Origin: the human T2T-CHM13v2.0 reference genome, Homo sapiens
Direction: 5' to 3' (one strand)
Length of the DNA: 64,000 nucleotides
Assembly: GCF_009914755.1 (NCBI RefSeq)
Contig: NC_060928.1
The position numbers and the translations under genes are program-made. The notes under the pieces are model-generated. The model was not told the origin of the DNA and made no database searches. It saw nothing but the letters and a program-made list of their open reading frames with translations. Within the stretch, counting starts at the first letter, position 1. Each line of letters begins with the position of its first letter. Of this stretch, positions 30,651 through 45,299 are shown piece after piece.

Positions 30651-31580
30651 GCCACCTTAGTATGGCCTAGAAGTAGAGGATCAGTGTTGAGGGTATGGGC
30701 AAAATTTACCATTGTACCATGCCTGTCACTTAGATCACCCTCCAGCCTGGCCCCTGAAACGCGTACCTGAATGCTAGGGAGATACACTGAAAGAGCATTC
30801 CATTAAAATGCCTGTCAAACTGAAGGATGGCAAATTTCTGTACTTGAGGGTTTGTGGACACCCATAGGCAGATTACCAGCCAGTGGCTTCTGCAGCGCCA
30901 GGAAACCATGCCTGGGCACAGACCAGCAAATGTCATCAGCAATGGCCATTCCTTAGAATAGGCACAGCAGGGGGACCAGCTTCACAGGACCAGGGGCCCC
31001 TTTGCAGCAGAGTCTTCACCTCAGCAAGCAGAGCTCACAGAAAATGAGGGGTGCTGCATGGTATCCGAGAGTGCCAAGTTCATAAATACACATGAGGTTC
31101 ACTTTGGGAATCCCATACAGAGCTGAAAGAGTGATGAGCATGATATTGAGCATTTAGGGAGCTTTGGTTTCCTCTTCTAGCAATTGTGGATAATAATACT
31201 TGGCTTGTAAAGTTATTGTGGGTAACAAATGTGCTAAAGGACATAAAAGGCATATCACACATGAGCTCCACCGGTTGGAGGTCACAGTTGTTGGAGGCCA
31301 CCTTCATCCCTTGTGTGGCATAGAGAAGCTTCAGAAGCTCTTTTTTCTGTATAGGCCTCTCATCATGCCAGGTGTGTGGTATTCAGCCTTATCTTTAAAA
31401 TATGGTACCCTCTTCATTGTATTTCATCCTGCCGTCTTACTACAAAAGAGGAGGAGTCCTAAAGGAAGTTAGTAAATACAAAGAAGTTCTTAAGGTCAAC
31501 CTAAGATAAAGAAATGCTTGCTTGTAAGTGCTGGGTGATTGAATCTATAATTTGCGTCAAGAGAAGTGAAGAAAAATGTT

Positions 31581-31654
31581 AGGGTGGTGCAAAAGTGATC
31601 GTGGTTTTTGCAATTTTTTAATGACAAAAACCACAATTACTTTTGCACCAACCT
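31581..31654 (+). ncRNA. MIR548T: MIR548T precursor hairpin (MADE1 MITE-derived, intronic)
   Basis: Near-perfect inverted repeat. The 5p arm CAAAAGTGATCGTGGTTTTTG (31590-31610) and 3p arm AAAAACCACAATTACTTTTGCACCA (31626-31650) match miR-548t as I recall it. The miR-548 family is known to derive from MADE1. Confidence 0.85.
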
Positions 31655-31664
31655 AACCTTGTTT

Positions 31665-32310
31665 TAGGCATGTATCTATTTAAAGACACTTTATTTTACC
31701 TATAACGTTGATGGGTTTACATTGAACTCAGGGCCAATAGCACTGTAACTCGCACCCAAACAAAGCTTGTCTCACGTGGATTTTCTGCACAGGACACAGC
31801 ACAGCATCTTTGTGCTTAGGATACCAGGTAGCACACTGACATTATTCTCGGGAGGCTGTTTTAAACAGCAAAATTACCAACTAAAAGCACAAAAATGAGA
31901 AAATCTGTGGCACCAAACAAACTGCAAATAGGACACTTGTTTTCTCTCTCGTTTTTTTTTTTTTTTTTTTTTTTTTTTTGAGATGGAGTCTCGCTCTGTA
32001 GCCCAGGCGTGGCGCCATCTTGGCTCACAGCAAGCTCTGCCTCCCAGGTTCACGCCATTCTCCTGCCTCAGCCTCCCGAGTAGCTGGGACTACAGGCGTC
32101 CACCACCACGCCCAGCTAATTTTTTTTTTTTTTTGTATTTTTAGTAGAGATGGGGTTTCACCGTGTTAGCCAGGATGGTCTCAATCTCCTGACCTCTTGA
32201 TCCGCCCTTCTTGGCCTCCCAAAGTGCTGGGATTACAGGCGTGAGCCACCGCACCCGGACACTTGTTTACTCTATGAGCAGAAACAAGAAACAGAACATC
32301 CTCGTGTGCA
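31665..32310. mobile_element. MER47/Tigger5-like DNA transposon interrupted by an AluY
   Basis: gaactcagggccaatagcactgtaactc...ttttaaacagcaaaattaccaac; family assigned by eye. Confidence 0.55.
31943..32258 (-). mobile_element. AluY-like element with a small internal deletion
   Basis: caagctctgcctcccaggttcacgccattc and gtgttagccaggatggtctc are AluY diagnostics; TSD ggacacttgttt. Confidence 0.92.
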
Positions 32311-34857
32311 TGCCCATCAGGCATCTCCAATTGCAATCCACATTTGTGGACGTAGAATCCACAAATAATAAGGAGCCACTGAATTTTTGTATATTTAGTA
32401 TGGGGCTCAGGTTAATCACAGAAATATTTACTATATAGTTAGTGGGCAAAATGCCCAGTACCCCATTATAATAAACCCAAATCTCAGTAACAATGAAGAT
32501 GTTTCTCAGAGGGGCATGGCTCCTCTGATGTTTGTCAGATAAGCATGTCTTATTATAGGGGCACTCAGACAACAGAGGCACAGAACAAAACAAAATATTT
32601 TTTGTCTGTTAATTTATTTCAAAAATGAAATCTGATAATGGCTTTTAGAAATGTGAAGACCAAAAAGCATCAAATTTTGTTTTTCCATTTAAGGAATAGA
32701 AATAAAGTGGCCGAGTTATTATTATATGTTCCGCCCATAATTCATCTTTCCTTGCTCCTTCCCACCCCTCCCCACTTTATCTTCCACCTCCTTTTATAGA
32801 TACCTAACTGCTAAAATGGGCTTGGGAAGGCAGCTGGAATCATGCCAAGGTGTACCCAACAGAAGCTGCTGCAGTTAGTGACATGAGCTATGGAACACAG
32901 GAGGTCTTTTGCACTGATTGGAATATTTATTAGATTTAGTGCTGAAATAGTCTCTGCTGATAAGCAGACCTAATCTGAATTTCAAAGGTCCTTATGACCA
33001 CGTAAATGTGATAGTATCATATCCTCAGGCCCCAAGTGCATCACCTTTCCTAAATGGTTGGATGCTGTATTGAATCTATTTAATATCCTGGTAACTAGCT
33101 TTGACTTTTTTCAGGAATACTTAATAATTTTAGATTTAATCTTCCCTCCTCCTCCTCCTCCTCAACAGAAGTAATTTAAATTCTTTCCAAGTAGTCATTG
33201 CACCTGTTTCTTACTTCAATCTTGGTCTCAAAGAAATATACAACAAACTCCGATAGACCACGGCCATAAAGTCCAATTTTATAATCATGCAGGAAAAGGA
33301 ATGCTTCTTGAGGATCAAAAGTTGCAGTCATGATGCTAGGATGTTTCATATCCAGTAAAACTAGAGACACCCCACCTCATCAGCTGATTGTGGGAGAAGT
33401 CGTTTACAAAAGTCCTGTGAAGAAAGAACTAGATGATATAAATGTATGCATATTTCTAGAACCTGAAAAATATAAAAAGATAATCAAGTGTACTTGGACC
33501 CATAGCCACTGGTTTTAACCATTCTGCAGAAGTATAGCGCAATTATTATTGGCAATATGTGAAGATATGGATGATTTCATGGGGAAATCTTTGAAATTAA
33601 AGTGGGATAATTTGGAGGTACAGGGGAAATGTTTTTCCCTTTAAACTGTGGCAATAACCCTTGTAATTGCATGTGCTCTCCAGAATAAAGATATAGCAGA
33701 TTGACATCAGCTTCAGAAAATGAGACATTAGGTACCTGAGGGATTCAGTCAAATTGCTCCTATGAAATCTTGAGTTTTGAAGATTGAAAAAAAAATGCTT
33801 GTTTTTGTGACAAGTGTTTTGGGGAATATTTTAGGGGATAATTGATGTTCTGCATTCCAATACCTTAGGTAATGAGGAAGCTGTGGAAACAGCCTCCTTT
33901 CTTTTATGAAGGCTTTCGTATTCAAGATCACCATAGAGGTCAGTGCTGTGAAGCTAATCTTGGACGCCTATCTCAATTGCTTCAGAGTATTTAGGATTTC
34001 TAAGGTTTTTGATGGATTTTTTTCATCAAAAGATATAATTTTTCCTCCACATGAAATGCTTTAAAGTGGTGATAATTAAACATATTTACTCAGTAATATT
34101 TGGAACATTATACTGGAATTCAGAAGCTCTGGCTTTCCTCTTTGGATTTATAAACCACCAAAAGTTGGCAACTGGCCCTTGTAAAAGATTTCTTCCAGCA
34201 GAGCTCTTGTATCTTTGTTTGTGTTTTCCTTTCCCGCTTAAGCACATTTATCTTTGCTTTTAGCTGCTGCAGCCCTCTGAGAAACAGCAGTCTTCTTGGC
34301 AGCTGCATTCTGTGCAGGCTCCTGCTCTATCAGTATGACAGCTATCTAGAAGGACTATATATTAGATGGAATAACCAGCTGATATCAGAAGGGAAAAAAC
34401 TGGCAGCAACGAAGCACAAAGTTCCCCTCAGTATAATTTGCAAATCTTTCAATTAACCTATTGAATCAAAATGAGAATGGGTATAAATAGTAATGATTTT
34501 TAAAATATGCCCTTGCTTTTTAGAATAGATGCATTTTCAGCAAAGCCATCTGCAAAGTGAATACGAAAATTTGGTCTAATTCTGTTAGTAAGTTGACATT
34601 GTTGTTCTGGGGAAAGCTTTAATGTATTATTTTTTATGAGAATAAAGGTATCAGGCTAGATTTTTTGCCCAGGGGTTTGCTGATTATGAAGCTGCCAGAG
34701 TAATGTTCCATTCACTTGTAGTTGTCTTAAGTAGCAACTTTAAATATTTTGAAAAAAGGAAAGAAGTATTTATGTTTAGTAGAATATTTAAAGGAAGAAA
34801 GTAAAAACAATCACCTGTAATCCTACCAGCCAAGTAATACATATATTTATGTTAAAC

Positions 34858-35178
34858 TGTTTGTTTGTTTGTTTATTTATTTATTTATTTATTGAGACAG
34901 AGTCTTGCTCTGTTGCCCAGGCTGGAGTGCAGTGGTGGGATCTCAGCTCACTGAAACTTCCTCTGCCTCCTGGGTTCAAGTGATTCTCCTGCCTCAGACT
35001 CCCGAGTAGGTGGGATTTCAGGTGTGCACCATCAGGCGTGGCTAATTTTTGTATTTTTCGTATAGATGGGGTTTCACCACATTGGCCAGGCTAGTCTCGA
35101 ACTCCTAACCTCAGGTGATCCACCCACCTCAACCTCCCAAAATGCTAGGATTATAGATGTGAGCCACTGTGCCTGGCC
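34858..35178 (-). mobile_element. Alu (S-type) with (TTTG)/(TTTA)n tail
   Basis: Reverse-complement Alu consensus. Confidence 0.93.
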
Positions 35179-37899
35179 CCAAGTAGTATATTTTAAAAAT
35201 ATGAGGTCATTTTAAAAGATGAGGTTAGATGTTATATATTATTTCTAAAATTTTATTAAAATTGTTTTTACACATTTTTATGTATCTTTAAATATTTTTT
35301 GTGCAACACCATTTTGCTAGCTATATGATCTGCTGCATGGATGACCACAATTTATTTCATCCATCCTTTATTTTGGGACATTTGGATTATTTTCAGGTTT
35401 TCACTATTGTAAACAATGCTGTGAGGAACCCGCTTATGGCTCAGTCTTTGTGCCCATCATTGATTATTTCAAGAGGACAAATTCCTAGTGGAATCACTAA
35501 ATCAAAGGATTAATAACTGGTTCCTTTTACTTGGTAGTGTTTTGTCAACTCTGGAGTCTCTCCTCTGCTCTCCATCCCTGTCCCTCACTGCTTCCACTTC
35601 ATACAGAATATATTTGTTTTGCCCTTTTCCATTTTTCTCTTTTTTTGTCTCCTTTGGTAATGGTCTCCCCCTGTATATGGACTATCTGTAGACCATTAGA
35701 AATTGAGGGACTCTCAAGAGAGAATGCAACAAACTGATACTATTTCAAGATGACAGTTGACCATAGCTTACATGCAGTGTTCACATGAGTTAAGTCATTG
35801 GGTTCCCTGCCAGATTTTAAGTGAACTAAAATGTTTTCTAAAATTTTGGTTTGAGATTTTCTGGCATCTGCCTCTTTCAGAGTGAGAATTAACATACCAT
35901 CTCAGTTGTTATAATTCCATCCCATCTTTGAGCCATAAACTATTTGATAACTAACTTCAACTCACTCTTCGTGACTCACTCGCCTCAGAAAGATTTGATT
36001 TTCTGGAAAATTACAATGAAGCAGAGATGTAAAAAGATAAGTAAAGATAACTCAATTGATTCCGGAAATGAGGTAGACTACCGCAATAATTTTTTGAAAT
36101 AGTATTACCAAATTTTCTCCTTTACAACGTTTTTAAACATCTCATATGTATCAATTATATGCTAATGAACTACTTGTTTCCTAATATCTTTAACAAGATA
36201 AATTACTAAGTGTAGCCAACATATATTCTTACTAACCCCAGAAAATGTCTGTTCTGTGAGTTAATAAATGTTAACTGTTGTATATTACATACTCTTTTCC
36301 ATATTTGTTTTACAGTGGAGAGGGTCTTCAAAAAACGATCTAGTACATCTCTTCATTTTGCTATAGGGCCATTACTATCAATGTTTAAGACTTCTGTAAG
36401 TAAATATTACAACCTGTCTTGCAACCAATCCTGTAATATCTAACAATTCTCTTTTGAGAAATTATTTACTAACTCCAGCCTAAAGTTATCATGCTGCTAC
36501 TGTAAGACTGTACCTCTTCAGTCATTAACAGTGTTGAAATTTGCTTTTGGAAATGTAAGTCCTCCATATGGTTGATGTCATTTCCTCATTGTAATTAGAG
36601 TACATCGAGAAGGCATATAATCACTCACTGAGTGATGAAACATGGATTGGGAGAGATGACTCAATAAACATTTTAAGGAATGTTTGTAAAGTGTGATTTT
36701 CAAATCTGTGTTGAACTTAAATTCCCAACTTGTTCTCTGCACAACTGTTTTTTACTGACTTGCACCTTGGTACAATGCCATTGGTCTCCATTGAAGTCTT
36801 TATGGAAAACAGCACAGTGAAACTCTTTACTGTGTTTACCATAAGGAGGCCCCTGTTGTTGTTGTTTAAAAACAACAACAAAAAATCCCATCCGATCTTC
36901 ACGCCATGAATATTGTACTTCTTCTGAACAACTGGTTTGTTAAACACAGACCTCACCAGGTTTTCTTGCTAGAAAATTCAAGCCAATATTGTGATTTACC
37001 CATAAGAAGTATTTGGTATACCCAACCCACCATGCTACTCACTTGGGGTGGTGCGTTCATAGTGTGCTCATTGTCAGTCGTACCCCAGAACTGTGCACAC
37101 AGGAGCCCTTGACCCTCTGGTATATACTTCTAAAACCTCATTCTTGATTCCTCCTTCTTTTTCCTCTCATTCTTTCTTTATCCATCTTTTTCCCTCCTTC
37201 TATTTTTAACTTTTGTAATACTGTTTTATTCTGTGTGTCTTTGTAAGCTGCTCAAAGTCCTTGTGGAATAAGGTGTAGCATAAGTTAATAACTAAGTCAA
37301 AAATGCAGACCTTTATTTGCTCAGACTGTTAAGTTATCTATACATCCATGCATGGTGCCCAATGTTGATCCTTACTCCTGTTGTTTCAGCTCAAATATAT
37401 TGGTGTTTGATAAGCTGGTACTTCTGTAACACAGAATATGGCATGTAAGCTCATATTTGAAATGAGAGTCCAATATAGCTATAAACATATGGCTTACACT
37501 GTGAAATGTTCTTTTTTTCCTTTCCCAGGGAGTTTTGAAGAAATATACAAGAACATATGTCCAGTCCTAGGAATCCCTGCCAGATTTTTTTTCTCTAAAT
37601 TGTGGTTTGAGATTTCAAATCATTAACTGGATACATCTGTCTGAGTATGTTTTCCTTTTCAAAAAAAGAAAATTTGAAAATAGCTACCCAAAAGACATAG
37701 TTCAGTATTCTTAATTTTCCATAACATAGTTAGTATCCTCAACCTTTAAAATTAAACTGACATTCTCTGAGCTGTGTGCAGTCATTTTGTTGGTGGCCAT
37801 GTATTTCCTGGGTATTGGGTGAAAATAAGGAATTTATTTTCCTGTATGTTGTTTAAGCATATATTTGTGTGTAATTCTTAGTAAACTTGTAGGTTTAAG

Positions 37900-38110
37900 G
37901 AAAGAGCCTTCAAATTAGAGTCAAAGGATTCATTTTTAAATCTTGCTGCTGTCACTAACTGTGTGACTTTAAGCAAATCATATAACCTAACAGAGCCTCA
38001 GTTTCTTTATATATAAAATGAATAATAATAATAATGCCTGCCCTTTCTATTTCACAGGGTTACTGTGAAACTCACATGAGATAACATGTATTAAAGTGCT
38101 TTGAAACTAA
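37900..38110 (+). mobile_element. MIR
   Basis: ctgtgtgactttaagcaaatca...gagcctcagtttctttatatataaaatg core. Confidence 0.75.
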
Positions 38111-41100
38111 TAGCAGAGCTATTAGAACTGCATTGCCTCAGTCTGGGATAAAAGGAGATCACAATAACTAATAGCAAAATCACCATTTATTTGGCTTAAA
38201 TACTATCTACTCTGCTAGAATTTTAACTCCCTCAAATTCACAACTAGTTCTGGGAGTCAGCCGGGGATGTTGAACATATGCTTGGGAATGGATCCTGTTG
38301 GATTCCTCATGGATGCTCATGTGCCTTCTCTGTGGCTCACTGCTGTCGTCTCCTCTGCTGCTCTTGCAGCCAGTGCTTAGTGACTCCACGGTCATAGGAC
38401 CTGACGCCTCTAATGTCCTCACCAAAAGGAAATACAGTCATCCCCATGCAGCCACTCTTAACAACTGTCAGCTGTGAAGTTCTCACCTACATCTTCTCTC
38501 ATGGTATCTCAACATGGGGAGCATAACTTTCTCATTTTTGGGGGCTCATTAGGACACTAAGTGAGGAGGAGCATCAGGGGATGGCTGAGACTGAGGTGTT
38601 CTCTAAAACTGTATTCGAACGTTTCTGTCCCAGAGTTTATACACATTATTTAAGGTTATAGTAGAGACTGCAAGCTGAATGGTCCAATGACGATGTGACC
38701 TTTAAGAAGCCTCTGGCTTCCTTCGTGAATTCTAACCGTACCGTTACTGTGTTTGAGGATCACTGGCAGCCGAGCTCTGAGTGGGGAACTGAGATAAGAA
38801 AGGTGTTGTCATGATAACACCTGGACAGCTGCATCCCACAGACTATGGGAGTGCCAGGAAACTGGCTACCTCACAGCAGAGTAGAGAAAATGGAAATAAA
38901 CACAAATATAAGCTTTTCAGTGAGCTGTGGGTCAGAGAAGGCCACAAGTGGTCTGGCAGATCATGGTGCAGCTCTTTGTTTCATGAGCTACGTGCAGCAG
39001 TAGTTTTTATGAGCTCTTTTTGTAGCTTTCCAGCCCTAGGATTCAGCCATGGTAAGGTGGAAAGTTTCTGGTACTAGCCCTGCTGTTCTGCTAACAATGG
39101 TCCACTTTCCTCCAAACCCATTGATTATTTAGACATGAAATAAATCTATGCATCTCAACTCTCTGCCTCAGAAAATGAAATCTGTCCCAGGAAAAGTTCA
39201 GATGCAGTAACCTGCTAGGAACTAGGGATGCTTGTCTTAAAACCCTACACACATGGCAAACACTGTTTTATTTAGATTGAGCTGATTGGGAGGGGTGGAC
39301 CTGATAGGGATATGGGCATGATGAGCTAAAGCCACCAACTGGCGCTACCTTCAAAAATGGGTCCTACCTTCCAACTATGGCACCATACAGTACACTCCAA
39401 AGCAAGGATTGTAGTTAACAGCCATACTTTCTTAATTATCTAGTTTCATCCTGAAAGGCAGACCCATCCATTAATTCCATGAGCATTGATTTTGACTTTC
39501 AGCCTTAAATAGAGCAACAAGTAAACATTTTTTATTCCCCTTTTCATTAATATTTAATTCATTAATGAGGACAGTGGGTAATGTTCTGTGATATAGTACT
39601 CGTGTGACAAAGGAGTAGTCCCAGGAAAATTTTTGGAATCAAATCAACAAGTATGTATTGAGTTTTGACATAATACATGAAAATGCTGTTTTGGCTAAGA
39701 GCAGAACTTCTGATGATTAGTTTTGCTGACATTTTAATCTTGGAGATGATAAGGTAGAATTATAGGCTTAATTTTGACCTTCACGGGGATTGATTGATAA
39801 TAACATTGGAAAAAGGTAACTAGGTTATCTTAGAGTCTCTATTAGCCAAGGAAAAGAAGAGAAAGTCTTCAAGGAATTGAGGCATTGTTTGAGAAAATGA
39901 TTAAATAAAAAACTATAACCACAGTTTTATTTTGTCTAGTTAAAATAAAGAATATATAGTATTATCAAGAAAAGAATAGTCTACATGGGGGTTAGAATAA
40001 GGGAACCTAAGAAAAGATGTGATTATTGTACCACTAGCTATCCATCAGAGAGGGAGCTTGAGTCAGTCAGTATAAATTTAGTCTGTTCAGCACACCCTAT
40101 TGTGGAGGAGGAAGCAGGGAGCTTCAAAACTGTAAGGCATCAGCCATTAAAACAGATTCTGTGTTTGCCAAGCAACCTTCTCATTGTGACCAGAGTTTGC
40201 AGGCAGAGTTTCCAGTGATGACTAGGTTGCATGAAAATTTTTTTTTTCTCATTTCAAACAGTATTTTATGTATCAGCTTCTTGTTTGGTGAGCATGTGTA
40301 ATTCTCTTAAGTTTAATTAATTTTGCATATTTATAACAATTTTTAGGACCTTCCAAGTAGTACCATCTCTGTCTCTAGCTTACCTTCCTGTAACTTCAAC
40401 AATGACCATAGAGGAAGATCTCCAATAATCTCAAATTTAAAGAGACGATAGATAGATTGATTGATAGATTGATTGATTAAAACTTAGTGAAAAGCTCTCA
40501 GTTTAACTCTTAGTTCATTAATATATAATAAACTAAAATTTACAAAAATATCAAGTGTAGCGTTTAGACATGGATTATTTGCCCATAAACAAATCTGTTT
40601 AACTAGTTTAACCTTAAACAAAAAAATGTGGAGCGGGGTGGTGCGAGCTACTAGTTGAAAGGATATATGAGTATCTCATAGAACCCAAGGTCAGGAAGTA
40701 CACATGGTGGCTGTGGGAGACTCGGAAGTACAAACTGAAAAGTTGAGAACTAAAGTCACATGCTCTGTCTTTCTCAGAGTTCATGAATTCTCATCTCTAC
40801 TTCTTTCTCTCTGCTTCTGCATGAAAATAGCTGTCCAGTCCTTGCCTGACAATGCAAGAGCCTAGTAGAAACCAACAAGAGTTCCAGAAGCTCAGAGTTT
40901 GCAGAGAAGGACTCTGATTGGCACTTCTCAAACAGGTGTGCACTCTGAGTCCATTTTGATGGCCTAGGGATGACGTCACATGGTTGCTTTTTCTTGGGAA
41001 CTGCTGTTTAAGGAGATTCTTAGAGAAGGGGACCTCAGTAGGGCCAAGTGATGGAACAGCTTTCAGAAAAACAGGAGACATTCTAGATATGTATTCCAAG

Positions 41101-41329
41101 TGTTGTCTGCAACGATTAAAAAATTGCTTTAAATTCTGTTCAGAGTAAAATAATGAAAAAGCAAAGAGTAGGCAGATTATTAGGGCAAATTATATGATTT
41201 TAACGTATGAGAAGAAAGACAGATGTGCAATACTTTTTTGTTTCCTTCTTAGTTATCTGCAGGAGTGATTTCCATATTGAAAGTATTATAACTGACATCT
41301 TAAGAGTGCACTAGATTTGTTAAAGCCTT

Positions 41330-42290
41330 TAAAGCCTCTTACAGCACCAGCTATTGAGGAACTTGCCAGATGAGTTTGAGAGGAAGTACTGTCAGTAATC
41401 CTCAGGTACTGGAGAGAAGAGGAGAAATTTTAGGAAACTGGAGGTGGGAAAATACTACCTTATATTTTTCAAAGGGGAGAGAGAAAACTTGTTCTTGGAA
41501 ACTTGTCACTGATACACAGTATTTAAGGGAGATCATTTAAACATATTTAAAAAGTAGCCATCACTAGGTACCAGCATGGGGCTATGAAAAAGAGTCAGAC
41601 CAAAGTCACAGCTACACCTAAAAGAAGACATGTGTTTACCTTAGTAGACCAGGAGACTGTGTGATAGATACCTCCTGCAGTGTGAGTTAGCAAGATATTT
41701 GAGTAAAGTGTTCAGATCCCCGTGGAGAAGAGAAATAAATATAGTTTGAATGATAGTGCAATTAGGTGAAATTGATAAATGGAGTGATATCAACCTCTCA
41801 GGGAAAACACATAGCTTTAAAACAGTATTTGACCTCATATTCCTCCATATAAACAGTAGATAAAGTGGAATCATATTAGTCCAATTTTCAACATAGAAAA
41901 CTGGGAGGGATGGTTATACACAACAAATGACAAAAACCAAAGAGGGCAGAACCTGCTGGAACATGCACCTAAACCAACAATATAAAATGCAATAAATGTA
42001 AACATGGTATTTTATACTAAGTTCAACTGCTGAAATATAAAATGGGAAACATTGGACTTAACAGTAATTTGGGGAGAAAAATTTTAGGGAATTGTGAGAT
42101 AGCAATATGATATAGTTGCAAAAATACAGTGCCAATATAATTTTAGATTATACTTTTAAAGGAATTATATCCAGACTAAGAGTTGTAGCGTTGATCTCAT
42201 ATATTGTCCAGTCCACATCTGAATTATTGTAGCAGTCCTTTTTGGGAAAGATGTTGACAAAATGGGGCATTTCCAGAGAGGGATAATGAG
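41330..42290 (+). mobile_element. Ancient L3/CR1-like LINE fragments
   Basis: Degenerate CR1-RT-like stretches (gaaactggaggtgggaaaat...ttttcaaagggg; atcactaggtaccagcatggg); weak. Confidence 0.4.
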
Positions 42291-42492
42291 GAATTTTAAT
42301 CTATAAATTTCTTTCGAAGCTTAGATTTTTTATTTTGCTATGTGTAATGCACTGTATGGAATAAAATCTACCATACTGTGTTCCCAAGGAGCATACTTTG
42401 TGTCATTCCAACCAGTGTCCATAGAAACTGAACACTTGGGTAAAATTCACTCCCCTCAGTCTATTGATTCTGATAACTGGGTTTAACAGTGA

Positions 42493-42902
42493 CGTATTAG
42501 GCCATTCTTGCATTGCTGTAAAGGAATAACAGAGACCGGGTAATTTATGAAGAAAAGAGGTTTAATTGGCTCATGGTTCTGCAGGCTGTACAAGCATGGC
42601 ACTGACATATGCCTGGCTTTGGGGGAGGCCTCAGGAAGCTTACAATCATGGCAGAAGGCAAAGGGGGAGCAGGTCTCACATGGTGAGACTGAGAGCAAGA
42701 GAGAGTGGAGGGTAAGCTACACATTTTTAAACAACCAAATCTCACCAGAACTCACTGTTGTGAGGAGAGCACCAAGAGGATGGTTCTAAACATGAGAAAT
42801 CCGCCCCCACGATCAAATCACCTCCCACCAGGCCCCACCTCCAACACTGGGGACTACATTTTAACATGAGATTTGTGGGGGGCAAACATCCAAACTATAT
42901 CA
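42493..42902 (-). mobile_element. MST (MaLR) solo LTR
   Basis: gtattaggccattcttgcattgct...aagaggtttaattggctcatggttctgcagg...catccaaactatatca; 5-bp TSD AGTGA. Confidence 0.9.
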
Positions 42903-43066
42903 AGTGATAAACTGTCTTTTCACTGAAAATGTATATTGATTTCTGAATGCTAAATTAAACTTTGTATTCTACATTAGTAACATATTCAAGTGTCAGCACT
43001 GTTTCTTATAAATTGTAAGCATTTTTCCACTTCCTTTTATGATGAAAATGAGCAAAAGAGGTTTTA

Positions 43067-43431
<365 letters not shown>

Positions 43432-45299
43432 TCAGTGTTTCTCAAATTGAGGATTTGTTTCCTATGCCTAAAGAATCTTCCTGGTTATATTTACTTCAGA
43501 ATTAAGGGGAGAGAATCAAAAATGACTCTTTGTCTTGAGACTCCTAGTGAATGGTCTAAAAGTAAGAAACAACCTTTAAGAGGAGCGAGAGATGAGTAAC
43601 TTCCACACACCAAATACACAAAAGCATGCACACACACATTATTGTAGATTAATGATAGTGTATATTGAGTGCAGGGACTCGCAGCCTCAAAATGTTACGT
43701 TTTTCATAGTCTGCTGAATTAGATATTATTTATTGATGAAGTCTAAATATAACAAGGTTTTATATTAAACTACAGATGTTAAAAACATAGCTGATACAGA
43801 GAAAATGCAAGTGAGACATTTCATTTTTATTTTTGAAATCTATTTTTTAAGTTATTGGAAAATCACTATGGAAATTCATTATTCTCATATTTTCTGCTAA
43901 TGCCAAGCACCTGACCCAGATAGCTACCCTGAAAATATTCTGTAAAATTACTCTAAGAATAACTCTAATCATTGCAAGCCTGTAATCTGAATGTGAGTAT
44001 ATGTGATCAGAGCAGTTCTACAATGTAGCTGAACCAGTACTGTCCTTGGTGTTAGAGGATTTTAAAGCTTTCTTGGGAAATGAGATACCAAAGAGGAGAA
44101 ATTAGTCAAAAATATATATCAGGGCCCATCCATTTAAATGTTGTCCTTCTTATTAGAACTTATTACAAATTCTACACCAGTAAAGTGAGAGGAATGATGC
44201 AGAATAGGGGGTTTTACCTCAATACAATGGGCATTTCTTTCTTACTAAATCTTAATAGCAAGGCTTTGTGTATTATAAATACTACTTCTGTGTGCTCTAC
44301 CCAGTGGCTTCATCTCACAGTGACAAACCAGAAAAGAGCTAAACTTTAAGATCCTGCCTTCAGGTTGACGGTGGCAAATGAAAGCTTGTAATTGAAGGTA
44401 GCTCAATTTGTGTTGGGCTGAAGCTTTCATTTGGGATAAGTGTCCAATCCAGTCGGCCCAAAATTCAGACTCCCTCTCTGGGCTGTTTCTGTGCTCCAGA
44501 GGGTCTCTTTTCCTCTCTTCCTTTTCTCTCTAGCATCCTGGTGACAGGAGGATTGTGCACCCTTGAGGAACATGTTTTAGATGGTTCTGGCCTGCTTACC
44601 TCTGTCTCTGCTGCCTCCTCCTGGTTCTGGGTAGGTGTGCCTGTCTTCCCGGGTATACTGGCACCCTTTCATCTGCTGCTGAAGGAACCCCTGCTGCAGT
44701 AACTTCTATTCAGTTCTCTTGCTGCCTTTGGGACCAACGGTCCTTTCCTCACCAGACCCACTATGGGGACTTGTCTCCATTTTGGCCCTCACTGGTACTG
44801 TGGATCCTCTGAAGCCCGCTTGTCTACAAGAGCCTGTCGTGTCTTAAGCCTTCCATCCCATAGAGTTGCCACATGTCATCCTATTCCTTATTACTGTGAC
44901 CCCTGGCAGGCCACTGGCTCTCAACTCTTAGCTACCATCCATGTTCCCCACTGGAAGCATGTGGAAACGTCTGGGCTCCCTGGCTGCACCCTACAGCCAA
45001 GGGAGACTGCACAGCAGATGTGGAAAGGGAAGTTGTCTCTAGGTCTCCTGCCCAAGTACACTTCAGCATGGTTTCTCTTTCACATGGCAACCACCTTCTA
45101 TTGGATAGTCTCCTCCAAAGCTGGGAAATGGAGGCTGCGCACAAATCCGTTCCTTCATCTGCTTTTGTTACCTTCTATCCCCTTGTTCCCTCCAGATTTC
45201 CTACCTCTCCCTAGTAGAAGAGCTTCTACTTCCCTTTTCTGTGGAAGAGGAACATGTCCTCCTCCACAGAATGTGGAGCCATGTGGACTTAACTTGTTC

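Noticed and set aside
40971-40978. Perfect CRE palindrome TGACGTCA, and scattered TGA(C/G)TCA sites (e.g. ~6933, ~35972, ~40059)
   Set aside because: Isolated 7-8-mers can occur by chance in 64 kb, and there is no supporting context.
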